The notes under the pieces: model-generated | What the model was told of the DNA's origin: nothing | What the model saw: only the letters and a program-made list of their open reading frames with translations | Databases searched by the model: none | Position numbers and translations under genes: made by a program | Shown here: piece after piece, positions 33,485-42,563 of the stretch | How the letters are laid out: every line of letters starts with the position of its first letter | Position numbering within the stretch: the first letter of the stretch is position 1 | Source of the DNA: Elusimicrobiota bacterium | GTDB taxonomy: Bacteria; CG03; SLGR01; JBDRKX01 | Assembly: GCA_043813605.1 (NCBI GenBank) | Contig: JBDRKX010000115.1 | Location: 1 to 43,691, forward strand | Direction of reading: 5' to 3' | Length of the DNA stretch: 43,691 nucleotides

Positions 33485-34755
33485 TGGTAATAGGATACGG
33501 GGACTGGATAGCTCTCTTAATAGGAGTTCTTCTTCTACTTACGGCCGGCTTGATTCTCTATAGAAAAGAGAAGCTCAATAATGCCCAGCTGATAGAAGAC
33601 CTGGAAGAGGGCAAAAGAGAAAATAAAAAGTATATTGATGACTTGGATAATCTGTTTACAATGTTAACAAGGTTTCATGAGATGGGCATGAAATATGCGG
33701 ACATAGAAGACATGACTGATATCTGCAACCTTATTGTTGAATATTCGACTGATATGCTCGATACCAAGATGGGCTCTTTGATGCTGATTAACAAGAATAC
33801 GAATATGCTGGAGATTGTAGCGGCGCGCGGTCTTTCTACAAAGGTAATAAAATCAACAAAAATCCATGTAGGAGAAGGAATAGCCGGGATCGTTGCGCAT
33901 GAGGGGAAAACTATCTACTGTGAAGATATTGAAAATGATGTCCGCTTCATGCGTAATTCAAAAATAAGATACTCTTCAAAATCATTTGTCGCCGTCCCGC
34001 TCAAGATAAAAAACAAGGTTATAGGCGTGCTGAATGTTAACAGTAAGCGGAAAGGCCAGCAATTCAGCCGGAGAGATATAAAACTCCTGGATATCCTTGC
34101 TGACCAGGCTGCTGTAGCAATAGAGAACATACAGTTATACAGGGATATGAAAGGAATGTATGTCGGAACCATAAAGACACTTGCTAAAGCTATTGATGCT
34201 AAAGACCCATACACACAGGGTCACTCCGAGAGAGTAACGGAATATGCAGTAAAGATAGCCAAAGAGATGAATCTTTCAGAAAAGCTGGTGAGGAATATAG
34301 AATTTGCTGCACTGATACATGATATCGGAAAGATAGGCATCAAAGACGATGTGCTTACAAAACCTGCCCGCTTATCCGAGACTGAATATGAACTGATCAA
34401 AAAACACCCCGTGATCGGAGAACAGATAATAGCGCCTATTGAATTCCTGACGAACATAGCGCCGCTTGTACTGTATCATCACGAACATTATGACGGCACA
34501 GGTTACCTGGAAGGGCTGAAAGGCGAAGAGATACCGCTGGGAGCGAGGATATTGAATGTGGCAGATTCATTTGAAGCCATGATCTCTGAGCGACCGTATT
34601 CTAAGAGCATGACCGAAGAAGAGGCAGTAGAAGAGCTTAATGATAAATCCGGTTTGCAGTTTGATCCTCAGGTGGTTAAGGCATTCCTGAAAGTGCTGGG
34701 AACTGAAAAACAGAAAGATCTTGACGGGCTGGTGAAGGACGATAGGAGCATATAG
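33484..34755 (+). CDS. Membrane-anchored GAF + HD-GYP domain protein (putative cyclic di-nucleotide phosphodiesterase)
   Basis: N-terminal TM, GAF (GEGIAG.VA, VPL...VIGVLNV), DPYTQGHSERV, HDIGK, HHE.YDGTGYLEGL, ADSFEAM..RPY; 1-bp overlap with the ntpD stop. Confidence 0.92.
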   Translation: MVIGYGDWIALLIGVLLLLTAGLILYRKEKLNNAQLIEDLEEGKRENKKYIDDLDNLFTMLTRFHEMGMKYADIEDMTDICNLIVEYSTDMLDTKMGSLMLINKNTNMLEIVAARGLSTKVIKSTKIHVGEGIAGIVAHEGKTIYCEDIENDVRFMRNSKIRYSSKSFVAVPLKIKNKVIGVLNVNSKRKGQQFSRRDIKLLDILADQAAVAIENIQLYRDMKGMYVGTIKTLAKAIDAKDPYTQGHSERVTEYAVKIAKEMNLSEKLVRNIEFAALIHDIGKIGIKDDVLTKPARLSETEYELIKKHPVIGEQIIAPIEFLTNIAPLVLYHHEHYDGTGYLEGLKGEEIPLGARILNVADSFEAMISERPYSKSMTEEEAVEELNDKSGLQFDPQVVKAFLKVLGTEKQKDLDGLVKDDRSI

Positions 34756-34766
34756 CGTATCATATT

Positions 34767-35489
34767 ATGGGTCATATTGTTGAGTTTATAAGGGCAAAGA
34801 TCGAATCGTCACGGAAAAAGGGCTTTGTGATAGGTGTTTCGGGCGGATTGGATTCATCGGTGTGTCTCTATCTCGTTCATAAGGCTGTCGGTTCCGGCAG
34901 AACTCATCCTGTGTTTATGCCTCACAGGCCGGCGCACGGGGAATTGAAGAAGACCATAGGCGCTATGTGCACTGCGCTCGGATTGACGATGGTAGAATAC
35001 GATCTGGGCAGAATAATTGCAGAGTTTGTTAAAGAGACAAATTGCAGTAACGCGGTGCTTACGGGAAATTTTGCCGCCCGTATCAGGATGTCGTTTTTGT
35101 ATCATCATGCTGCTGCCAATGATTTACTTGTTGTCGGTACCGGCAATATGACCGAGAAAATGACGGGATATACTACGAAATGGGGCGATCAGGCCGGAGA
35201 CATATGTCCCATAGGCGGGCTGTATAAGAGCCAGGTATACGAATTGGCAGAAGAACTGGGAATACCCGAAAGTGTAATAAACGTTGTGCCTTCAGCCGGT
35301 TTCTATGAGGGACAGGAAGATGAAAAAGAACTCGGGATAAGTTATGCGGAACTCGATGCCATTCTTCGGGCTATTGCTGCAGGTTCTGAAAAAGAACTGG
35401 ATCAGAATAAAGTAAATCGTGTTAAAGAGCTGATAGAAGCTTCAGCGCATAAAAGGCGTTTCCCGGAAAGTCCGGCATTAAAGGTTTGA
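34767..35489 (+). CDS. nadE: NH3-dependent NAD+ synthetase
   Basis: GVSGGLDSS, GN..ARIRM, GTGN.TE...GY.TKWGD, LYKSQV, PSAG...GQ.DE.ELG, HKR; no glutaminase domain. Confidence 0.95.
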   Translation: MGHIVEFIRAKIESSRKKGFVIGVSGGLDSSVCLYLVHKAVGSGRTHPVFMPHRPAHGELKKTIGAMCTALGLTMVEYDLGRIIAEFVKETNCSNAVLTGNFAARIRMSFLYHHAAANDLLVVGTGNMTEKMTGYTTKWGDQAGDICPIGGLYKSQVYELAEELGIPESVINVVPSAGFYEGQEDEKELGISYAELDAILRAIAAGSEKELDQNKVNRVKELIEASAHKRRFPESPALKV

Positions 35490-36178
35490 ATCAAAAAGCA
35501 AGCGGAAACTTGTATATAGTAGCGACTCCGATCGGTAATCTTGAAGATGTTACTATGCGCTCATTGGAAATTCTTAAGTCCGTTGATCTGGTGATATGTG
35601 AAGATACTAGAACAGCAAGAAAACTGCTGAACCGGTACGATATTTCAAAAAAGACAGCTTCATATTATTCTCCGAAAGAAGCGTATCAGGCAGGAAAATA
35701 TGCGGCCATGCTTGAAAACGGGACAAATATTGCGATGATATCTGAGTGCGGAACACCGTGCATTTCCGATCCGGGTATCGTTATGATACGGGAAGCCTGC
35801 AAAAGAGGGATAAACGTTATACCGGTGCCCGGGCCGTCTGCACTTACCGCAGCATTGAGTATATGCGGGATCAAGGCAAAAGAGGTTTTTTTTGCAGGCT
35901 TTATTCCCAGAAAAAAAGGTGCCCGTAAAAAGTATCTCGAAAAGCATGCCGGCAGGGAATATGCATTTGTTTTTTATGAATCAAAATACAGGATAAAGGA
36001 CACAATGAGATTTATTGCTGAGATAAACCCTGAACTCGATGTATGCATAGCGAGAGAGATGACAAAGAAATTCGAAGAGATCATCAGGGGAAGCGCAGTT
36101 GAAGTAGAAGATAGAATATCAAGTAATAGCGAGTTAAAAGGAGAGTTTGTTGTAATATGCTCAGCTTGCAGGAAGTAA
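35486..36178 (+). CDS. rsmI: 16S rRNA C1402 2'-O-methyltransferase RsmI
   Basis: LYIVATPIGNLED, CEDTR, GTPCISDPG, PGPSA, FYES, REMTK.FEE, KGEFV. Confidence 0.95.
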   Translation: MNQKASGNLYIVATPIGNLEDVTMRSLEILKSVDLVICEDTRTARKLLNRYDISKKTASYYSPKEAYQAGKYAAMLENGTNIAMISECGTPCISDPGIVMIREACKRGINVIPVPGPSALTAALSICGIKAKEVFFAGFIPRKKGARKKYLEKHAGREYAFVFYESKYRIKDTMRFIAEINPELDVCIAREMTKKFEEIIRGSAVEVEDRISSNSELKGEFVVICSACRK

Positions 36179-36753
36179 GTTATAAAACACCACCGCCGCG
36201 ATGTGTGGCTGTATATGATAAGATATCTCTGGAAATACCATACGGCGAAAATACCATTATCCTGGGGGATAACGGTAGCGGGAAAACGACTTTAATGAAA
36301 ATGATAATGGGATTTATAGCGCCATCGGCCGGCACTGTCGAAGGCGGCTGCGATAAGGTTGTCGGCGTTTTTGAAAACTATGACGATCAGCTCTTCTTTT
36401 CAACGGTATTCGAGGAATTCTCGTCAATGGAATACAGCCAGAAAGATTATTCGGCCGTATTGGCGGCGCTGGATCTTAAGGGAATTGTTGAGAGAAGTAC
36501 TTTTGAACTGTCATATTCTCAGAAAGCCCGTCTTATTGTAGCGCTGGCGTATCTTTCAGGAAGGGAATTCATGCTGATAGATTCTCCGCCTCAGGATAAA
36601 ATGATCAACAGCCTGTTATCAGATATAGTTATGAAAAAGAGCCGCACAATCGTGCTCATGCTTCCCAGAGATACTCAGGAGCTGCCTTCCGGGAAGTGGC
36701 AGAGGTATATGATCAGCGGCAGGAAACTGGTAAAGACAGATGATGATCAATGA
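36157..36753 (+). CDS. Degenerate EcfA/CbiO-like ABC ATPase
   Basis: Walker A GDNGSGKTT intact; EcfA-like VFENYDDQLF..TV; degenerate signature LSYSQK and Walker B LIDSP; no H-loop His. Confidence 0.75.
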   Translation: MLSLQEVSYKTPPPRCVAVYDKISLEIPYGENTIILGDNGSGKTTLMKMIMGFIAPSAGTVEGGCDKVVGVFENYDDQLFFSTVFEEFSSMEYSQKDYSAVLAALDLKGIVERSTFELSYSQKARLIVALAYLSGREFMLIDSPPQDKMINSLLSDIVMKKSRTIVLMLPRDTQELPSGKWQRYMISGRKLVKTDDDQ

Positions 36754-37354
36754 TATCTCCGTTGTAAGACGCTCATACAACGGAGATATAAAGGTGCTTG
36801 ACGGATTGAGCATCGATTTCAAGGAAAGGGTGAATATAATTTTTGGAGAACCAGGTACGGGTAAATCTACGCTAATGGATGTAATGTCCGGTCTGGAAAA
36901 GCCCGAAACGGGCAAAATGATGCTTGACGGTAATATGGTATATCTTATGCAGGTACCGGAAAGACAATTCATCTATCCGACATGCCGCACGGAAATACTG
37001 GGGAATGGTTCTGAGGAAGGAGAGTTGCAGTATTATCTTGAGGAGACAGGTCTCCCGGGCGACATAGCGGAGATGTCGCCGTGGCATCTGAGCAAAGGAG
37101 AGAAAAAAAGACTTTCGATTGCAAGGATAATAAAACAGAACGATTCCGAAATACCAATAGATATATTGCTGCTTGACGATCCCTTCACAGATATGGATCG
37201 TTCCGGCAAAGAGATGATTGTAAAAAAACTGATCGAAAATACAGGCTTCAATGTAATAATAGCTACAGCTAATATGGCGGATATTGCATATCTGGAGCAT
37301 AAAAATATTTTATTCGGTCTGTATAATTTGTCCGGGGGTGCGGATAATGATTAA
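36740..37354 (+). CDS. Degenerate EcfA'-like ABC ATPase
   Basis: Walker A GEPGTGKST; EcfA'-like LMQVPERQF; signature SPWHLSKGEKKR; Walker B LLLDDP; H-loop replaced (ATAN). Confidence 0.78.
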   Translation: MMINDISVVRRSYNGDIKVLDGLSIDFKERVNIIFGEPGTGKSTLMDVMSGLEKPETGKMMLDGNMVYLMQVPERQFIYPTCRTEILGNGSEEGELQYYLEETGLPGDIAEMSPWHLSKGEKKRLSIARIIKQNDSEIPIDILLLDDPFTDMDRSGKEMIVKKLIENTGFNVIIATANMADIAYLEHKNILFGLYNLSGGADND

Positions 37355-39497
37355 AAGAATAAAGATCTTCTATAGATTTCTTGCAATAATGATGCTGCTT
37401 TCAGTAGTCCCGCTGGTTATTGTCGGATTGAAATTTATAAATATCAACAGGCTCGGCCTGCAGGATGTCATCCTTGAACTCCAGACAAATGAGGCAGTTT
37501 CCATAGCCGAAAGCGTAGAGACATATATGAGGAATCTGAGAGAACGTTTGAAATTCGTTATCTCGTCGCATGGAGAGTCGGAAACGATAAACTGGACCCT
37601 CAGCCAGAGGATGCTGAAATCTATGATAGTCTCAAGTAACCAGTTTCTTACGGTAAGCGCGGTTTCGGGAGACGGCCGCGAACTTACAAAAGTATATCAT
37701 CCCTCGCTGGAGGGCAAGGTCAAGCTTAAGAGCAGGGCCGCAGACACTACATTCAATACAGCAAAAGAAACAAACCAGTTAACTATAAGCGAGCTTTACT
37801 ATGACGATGATATACCCAGACTCAATATCGTATATCCGTTTGCCGGGGGCATTTTCCTTTATATAGAAGCAAGCCTGGAAGAACTACTTAAAAAAGTAAG
37901 AAATACGACGATAGGCAAAACAGGTTTTGCTTACATAATAAACAGTAGCGGAAGAATAATAATGCATCCGGATCTCTCGCTGGCATTGGCCGGAAAGGAT
38001 GTTTCGGCTAGGCCGATCGTAGGGGAGGCCCTTACACGCAGGCTCGTAGGAAGCAAGGAATATAGTGCAGATGACGGCCGCGTAATAATAGGCGCTTATG
38101 CACCCGTGGCTGCCCTGGGATGGGGAGTTATAGTACAACAGGATAAAGAAGAGGCGTATTTATCTGTAAGAAAAATGAGAAAATCCGCGGTAATACTGCT
38201 GATCATAGTGATTATAGCGTCTATAATCATAGGTTATCTTACTGCACACAACCTGACCAGTCCGATACTTATACTTACAAAGACAGCAAGAAACATAGCC
38301 AATGGCGATTTTAAGGTAGACTTGATTTTCGGCTGGTTGAGAAAAGTAAAGATCAAAGATGAACTGGCGGAACTCGCTCATACCTTCGTACTTATGGCAG
38401 AACAGCTTAAGAGATTCACCGATATGCAGGCTGACAAGATGAACGCGATACTGTTTTCTATTGCTGACGGTATCATAATGACCGATTATTCCGGCAAGGT
38501 TATTCTTTCCAACAGGAGAGCAAAAGAACTGCTGGATATAGATGCGTCAGAAAATCTGGAGAACAGGAACATACAGGATATCATTAAAAGAGAAGAAATA
38601 ACCCGGAGTCTGAAGGAGGCGGCGGAAACCAAAAACAATATTGTAAAGGAAATAAATATAACTCGAAAATCGGAAGATGAGGAACCGGTAGCTAAATTCA
38701 TAAGGACTGATACGTCAACAGTTTCACATTCGGAATCCGGGGAGGGACTCGGTACAGTCACAGTTATCAGGGATATTACACTTGAAAAAGAGATAGAACA
38801 GATGAAAGATGACTTTGTACATTCAATAACTCATGATCTGAGGAGTCCGATGACTTCGATCCGCGGATTCCTGGAATTCCTGCTGGACGGTTCTGCCGGC
38901 GATCTGAACGAGCAGCAGAAGGAATTCCTCGGCATTATAGATAAATCTTCCAGCAGGTTGCTTGAAATGATAAACGATCTGCTTGATGTTGCCAAGATGG
39001 AGTCCGGATCGATGCCCATAGAACTGACGAACCTGGACATGAATGAGATCGCATGTTCAGTAGTAGAGTCACTGAAGTCCCAGGCCCGGAAGGATCAAAT
39101 AGAGTTAAGGGTGGAAAAAATCAATGAACTGAAGAACCTGGATGCCGACAGGAACCTCATTTTCAGAGTCATACAAAACCTCGTAAGCAATGCATTGAAG
39201 TTTACTCCTGAAAAAGGGAAGATCAAAATAGTGCTGGAAAGTATGGAAGACAAGATCCAGGTCTCGGTTGAAGATACGGGTTCTGGAATGCCGCGTGAGT
39301 ATCTTGATAAGATATTCAATAAATTCGAACAGGTAAAAGGCAGCAGAGGCAAGACAAAAGGGACGGGCCTTGGGCTGACTATCACAAAGCATGTCGTCGA
39401 AGCTCATGGAGGAAAGATATGGGTAGAATCCGAACTCGGAAAAGGATCGCAGTTCAGATTCTGGATCCCTTATGGACTGGAATCCAAAGAAGCGTGA
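37347..39497 (+). CDS. Sensor histidine kinase (TM-dCache-TM-HAMP-PAS-HisKA-HATPase)
   Basis: Cache-like G.TG.AYIINSSG.II.HPD, HAMP (PI..L...A..IA.GD, DEL.EL), PAS (SIADGII.TD..G.V...N), H-box THDLRSP, N/G1/F/G2 boxes. Start ATG 37347 after GGGGGTG. Confidence 0.95.
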   Translation: MIKRIKIFYRFLAIMMLLSVVPLVIVGLKFININRLGLQDVILELQTNEAVSIAESVETYMRNLRERLKFVISSHGESETINWTLSQRMLKSMIVSSNQFLTVSAVSGDGRELTKVYHPSLEGKVKLKSRAADTTFNTAKETNQLTISELYYDDDIPRLNIVYPFAGGIFLYIEASLEELLKKVRNTTIGKTGFAYIINSSGRIIMHPDLSLALAGKDVSARPIVGEALTRRLVGSKEYSADDGRVIIGAYAPVAALGWGVIVQQDKEEAYLSVRKMRKSAVILLIIVIIASIIIGYLTAHNLTSPILILTKTARNIANGDFKVDLIFGWLRKVKIKDELAELAHTFVLMAEQLKRFTDMQADKMNAILFSIADGIIMTDYSGKVILSNRRAKELLDIDASENLENRNIQDIIKREEITRSLKEAAETKNNIVKEINITRKSEDEEPVAKFIRTDTSTVSHSESGEGLGTVTVIRDITLEKEIEQMKDDFVHSITHDLRSPMTSIRGFLEFLLDGSAGDLNEQQKEFLGIIDKSSSRLLEMINDLLDVAKMESGSMPIELTNLDMNEIACSVVESLKSQARKDQIELRVEKINELKNLDADRNLIFRVIQNLVSNALKFTPEKGKIKIVLESMEDKIQVSVEDTGSGMPREYLDKIFNKFEQVKGSRGKTKGTGLGLTITKHVVEAHGGKIWVESELGKGSQFRFWIPYGLESKEA

Positions 39498-41428
39498 TAA
39501 AAAAAATAATATCTTTGCTGATGGCTGTTAACATGATGTCATTATGTACATGTGATATTGATGCAAAGGAATTCTTTGAGCCTAAAACAAGAGAAGAGAT
39601 ACCGTACAATCTTCTTGAAATAGAAGTTCAAGAAGGAGATACTCTCCACAGTTTCGCCCAGAAATATTTAAATGATCCTGCTCGATGGCCGGAACTTCTT
39701 GAATATAACAAAATACCTTCCGGTAATCCGAATCTGCTACTCCCGGGAGACATGGTCAAGGTCCCGGCGGAAATGGTCAAGGATGAGATAGCGGATATAT
39801 TTTATATGAAAAATAATGTCCGGTCGCGCAGGAAAAACGCCAGTACATGGAAGGACGCCAAGTTATACCAGAGATTGTTTCCTGAAGACGGCGTGCGTAC
39901 TGCTGCAAATTCTTTTGCAAAGATAAAATATCTTAAGGGCGGCCGTGCGAGTATAGGTGAAAATTCACTGGTGTTTCTAAGGCCGGAAAAAATGAGAGAT
40001 AATGTTGTTTCTCTTGAACTGGGAGAACTGACTGCCCGGGATGTTAAAGTGCTGACGGCATCAGCGTCGATCGATCCTCAAAAAGACGCCGAATATACGG
40101 CGTCAGTCGATGAAGAAAAGACAACAAGACTGAGCGTGATCAAAGGTAAGGTGGATTTCATATCGAGCGGAGAGATAGTGACTGTCAACGAAGGGTTCAT
40201 GTCAATGGCGGAATTGAATGCTCCTCCGACAAAACCGATAAAGCTTCCGGATCCGCCAAAATTCCAAGACCTGGAGACAGGCGGTAGCGAGATAACAGAG
40301 AATAGAAAAAAGATGAATTTAAATGATCTTGACGCAGAATACATACTTGAAAAATTAGCGGCAAAAGAGCAGGAAGAAGAGAAGTCTCAGGTTACAAAAC
40401 CGCTGGGCCGTATTGACAAAATACATATCCAGGTATCTCAGGATATGGATTTTTCCAGGATAGTCATTGACAGGATAGTGGAGAAAGCCGCGCCGGAATT
40501 GTGGAAAGAGCAGCTGGAAGACGGCACGTACTGGTGGCGCGCCGCTTTTGTGACAAAGTCGGGCATGCAGGGTCAATATTCCGCTGCTGTTGAACTTGAA
40601 GTAGAAAATAAGCTTGTTGAAATAAATATAATTTCTCCGGAAGACGGAGCAGAGATTAAAAAACAGATACTGACCGTCAAGGGAAAAGCAGAGAAAGACA
40701 CAGCAGTCACAGTAAACGGCAACGCCGCCGTCTTGTATGAAGACGGAACTTTTGTTGCAGCTGTTCATATTGAACCCGGCCCTAATAAAATAACAGCAGT
40801 GGTCAGAGATTATGACGGCAGGACTGCATCCGAGAGCATAACAGTCATGGGAGCGTTTGGTGTGTTAAAAAGCAATGAAAAGAAGATCTCAAAGTCGTTG
40901 AAATTAGACGTGATTTATCCCCAGGGAGACGAGAAGATAGCGAAGTCGATAATAGTCGTTCAGGGAAAGACAAAGCCAGGAAATTTGGTTACTATAAATG
41001 GTGACCATGCTGTTGTTGAGGAAGATGGCGGATTTATGTTGGGTGTGAACTTGAAGCCGGGAAAAAACCGGATAATCATAGAATCTTTTGATGCAGCCGG
41101 TAATAGAAGAAAGGTACCGATATCAGTAATATGTACATTACAGCAGGGAATACAGCAAGGCGGAGAAAGCGGCCGCAAGCTAGGACTCAATGTAACAAGC
41201 CCTGAAAACGGGGATGTTATAACTAAAAGGATAATCATGATAAGGGGCACTGCAGTAATGGCCGATTTTATAATAGTAAATGACAGTTCAGCGGTTAAAG
41301 AAGAGGGGGGCGGCTTTATTTCTGCTGTATACCTCAAACCGGGTGAGAATATCATAACCATAAAAGCCGTTGATTCCGAAGGGAATGAAATTATAAAGGA
41401 AATAAAAGTGCAGGCTGACATAGAGTAG
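39494..41428 (+). CDS. Secreted LysM + FecR-like + FN3-like + 3x Ig-like repeat protein
   Basis: Signal-peptide-like N-terminus from GTG 39494 (GTGA overlap with the kinase stop); LysM VQEGDTL..FA.KYL.DP.RW..L...N.I...NL.LPG; FecR-like DGVRT..NS.A.I......IGENS; YWWR FN3-like segment; three ~80-aa repeats with P..G, V.G, V.VNG, G.F...V.L.PG.N.I...D..G. Confidence 0.85.
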   Translation: MIKKIISLLMAVNMMSLCTCDIDAKEFFEPKTREEIPYNLLEIEVQEGDTLHSFAQKYLNDPARWPELLEYNKIPSGNPNLLLPGDMVKVPAEMVKDEIADIFYMKNNVRSRRKNASTWKDAKLYQRLFPEDGVRTAANSFAKIKYLKGGRASIGENSLVFLRPEKMRDNVVSLELGELTARDVKVLTASASIDPQKDAEYTASVDEEKTTRLSVIKGKVDFISSGEIVTVNEGFMSMAELNAPPTKPIKLPDPPKFQDLETGGSEITENRKKMNLNDLDAEYILEKLAAKEQEEEKSQVTKPLGRIDKIHIQVSQDMDFSRIVIDRIVEKAAPELWKEQLEDGTYWWRAAFVTKSGMQGQYSAAVELEVENKLVEINIISPEDGAEIKKQILTVKGKAEKDTAVTVNGNAAVLYEDGTFVAAVHIEPGPNKITAVVRDYDGRTASESITVMGAFGVLKSNEKKISKSLKLDVIYPQGDEKIAKSIIVVQGKTKPGNLVTINGDHAVVEEDGGFMLGVNLKPGKNRIIIESFDAAGNRRKVPISVICTLQQGIQQGGESGRKLGLNVTSPENGDVITKRIIMIRGTAVMADFIIVNDSSAVKEEGGGFISAVYLKPGENIITIKAVDSEGNEIIKEIKVQADIE

Positions 41429-41463
41429 CTGCCTGTGATGAACTTAAAGAGGATAAACTGAAA

Positions 41464-42282
41464 TTGTATAAAAAAATAAAAGTTCTGGTTGCTGACGAAG
41501 ACAAGGATATCCGATTCCATGTCAAGATGTGCATGAGGGACTATCTGATCGAACTGATTGAAGCTAAGAACCGGGACGAATGTATTGAGTTCGCAAAAAA
41601 AGAGATGCCCAGGCTGATAATAATAAACTACATGTTGAGCGGGATAGACGGGTATCATCTCGCAGAAGAACTGTCGAAGGGAGAGGCGCTCGATGATTCA
41701 TTTGTTATAATGATGACACTTGAGGGTTTTGACCTTATCAAGGAACGCGTAGGAGTGGATGATTACCTGGCCAAACCTTTTTCCAGGGAGATGTTCTTAG
41801 AGACACTTAAAAAAATACCCGGGCTGGATATAGACCAGTATAAAAAAAACATTGTTGATCAATACCCGAAGACAGATGAAAGAAACAGGCGTGACCGGGA
41901 TAAAAAAGACGCTTCAAGAAAACGGATACTTATTGCTGATGATGAGCCTGATATCATAAAGTTGCTGAAGGCGATACTGGAAAATAATTACGATCTTGAA
42001 GTAGCGACAACGGGCGCGGAGTTATTGGAAAAGGCGCTCGCAGGAAGCTACGATCTTATAATTTCGGATGTTGTGATGCCAAAAATGAGCGGCTGGAAAA
42101 GCGTGAAAGAAATCAGGGAAGGCGGGTGTTATACACCTGTAATATTCAATTCGGGCCTGGTGAAGGATCAAGCGTTGTATGAAACTCTCAAACCGGAAGG
42201 GCCTTCCAGGTTTATTCTTAAACCATTTAAGATAGCTCAGATAAATGAGTTGATAACAGAGCTGCTGGAAGATACCCATTAA
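41464..42282 (+). CDS. Tandem receiver (REC-REC) response regulator without output domain
   Basis: REC1 VADEDK...IIINYML...KPF (phospho-Asp replaced by Asn); REC2 IADDEP...IISDVVMP...KPF (intact). Confidence 0.88.
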   Translation: MYKKIKVLVADEDKDIRFHVKMCMRDYLIELIEAKNRDECIEFAKKEMPRLIIINYMLSGIDGYHLAEELSKGEALDDSFVIMMTLEGFDLIKERVGVDDYLAKPFSREMFLETLKKIPGLDIDQYKKNIVDQYPKTDERNRRDRDKKDASRKRILIADDEPDIIKLLKAILENNYDLEVATTGAELLEKALAGSYDLIISDVVMPKMSGWKSVKEIREGGCYTPVIFNSGLVKDQALYETLKPEGPSRFILKPFKIAQINELITELLEDTH

Positions 42283-42360
42283 AGGAGAAATACGGATCTA
42301 CTCTTTGTTAACAGGTTGAGGCTTGAATATATTTTTATTATAAATAGAATTTATTTGGAT

Positions 42361-42437
42361 GCGCCCGTAGCTCAATTGGATAGAGCGTTTGGCTACGGAC
42401 CAGAAGGTTGGAGGTTCGAATCCTCTCGGGCGTTCCA
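42361..42437 (+). tRNA. tRNA-Arg (anticodon ACG, read as ICG)
   Basis: GCGCCCG-TA-GCTC-AATTGGATA-GAGC-G-TTTGG-CTACGGA-CCAGA-AGGTT-GGAGG-TTCGAAT-CCTCT-CGGGCGT-T-CCA; 77 nt, A20 identity element, encoded CCA. Confidence 0.96.
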
Positions 42438-42563
42438 TTTAAGCAATACATTTTGGTAAAAGATGAAGTATGCAGTATCACATCCCGACCAAAAAAAGGT
42501 TCGGGGAAAGCGATTTTATCCGATAGCGGATTTCATACCTACCGGCAGAGGTTTTATTAAAAG

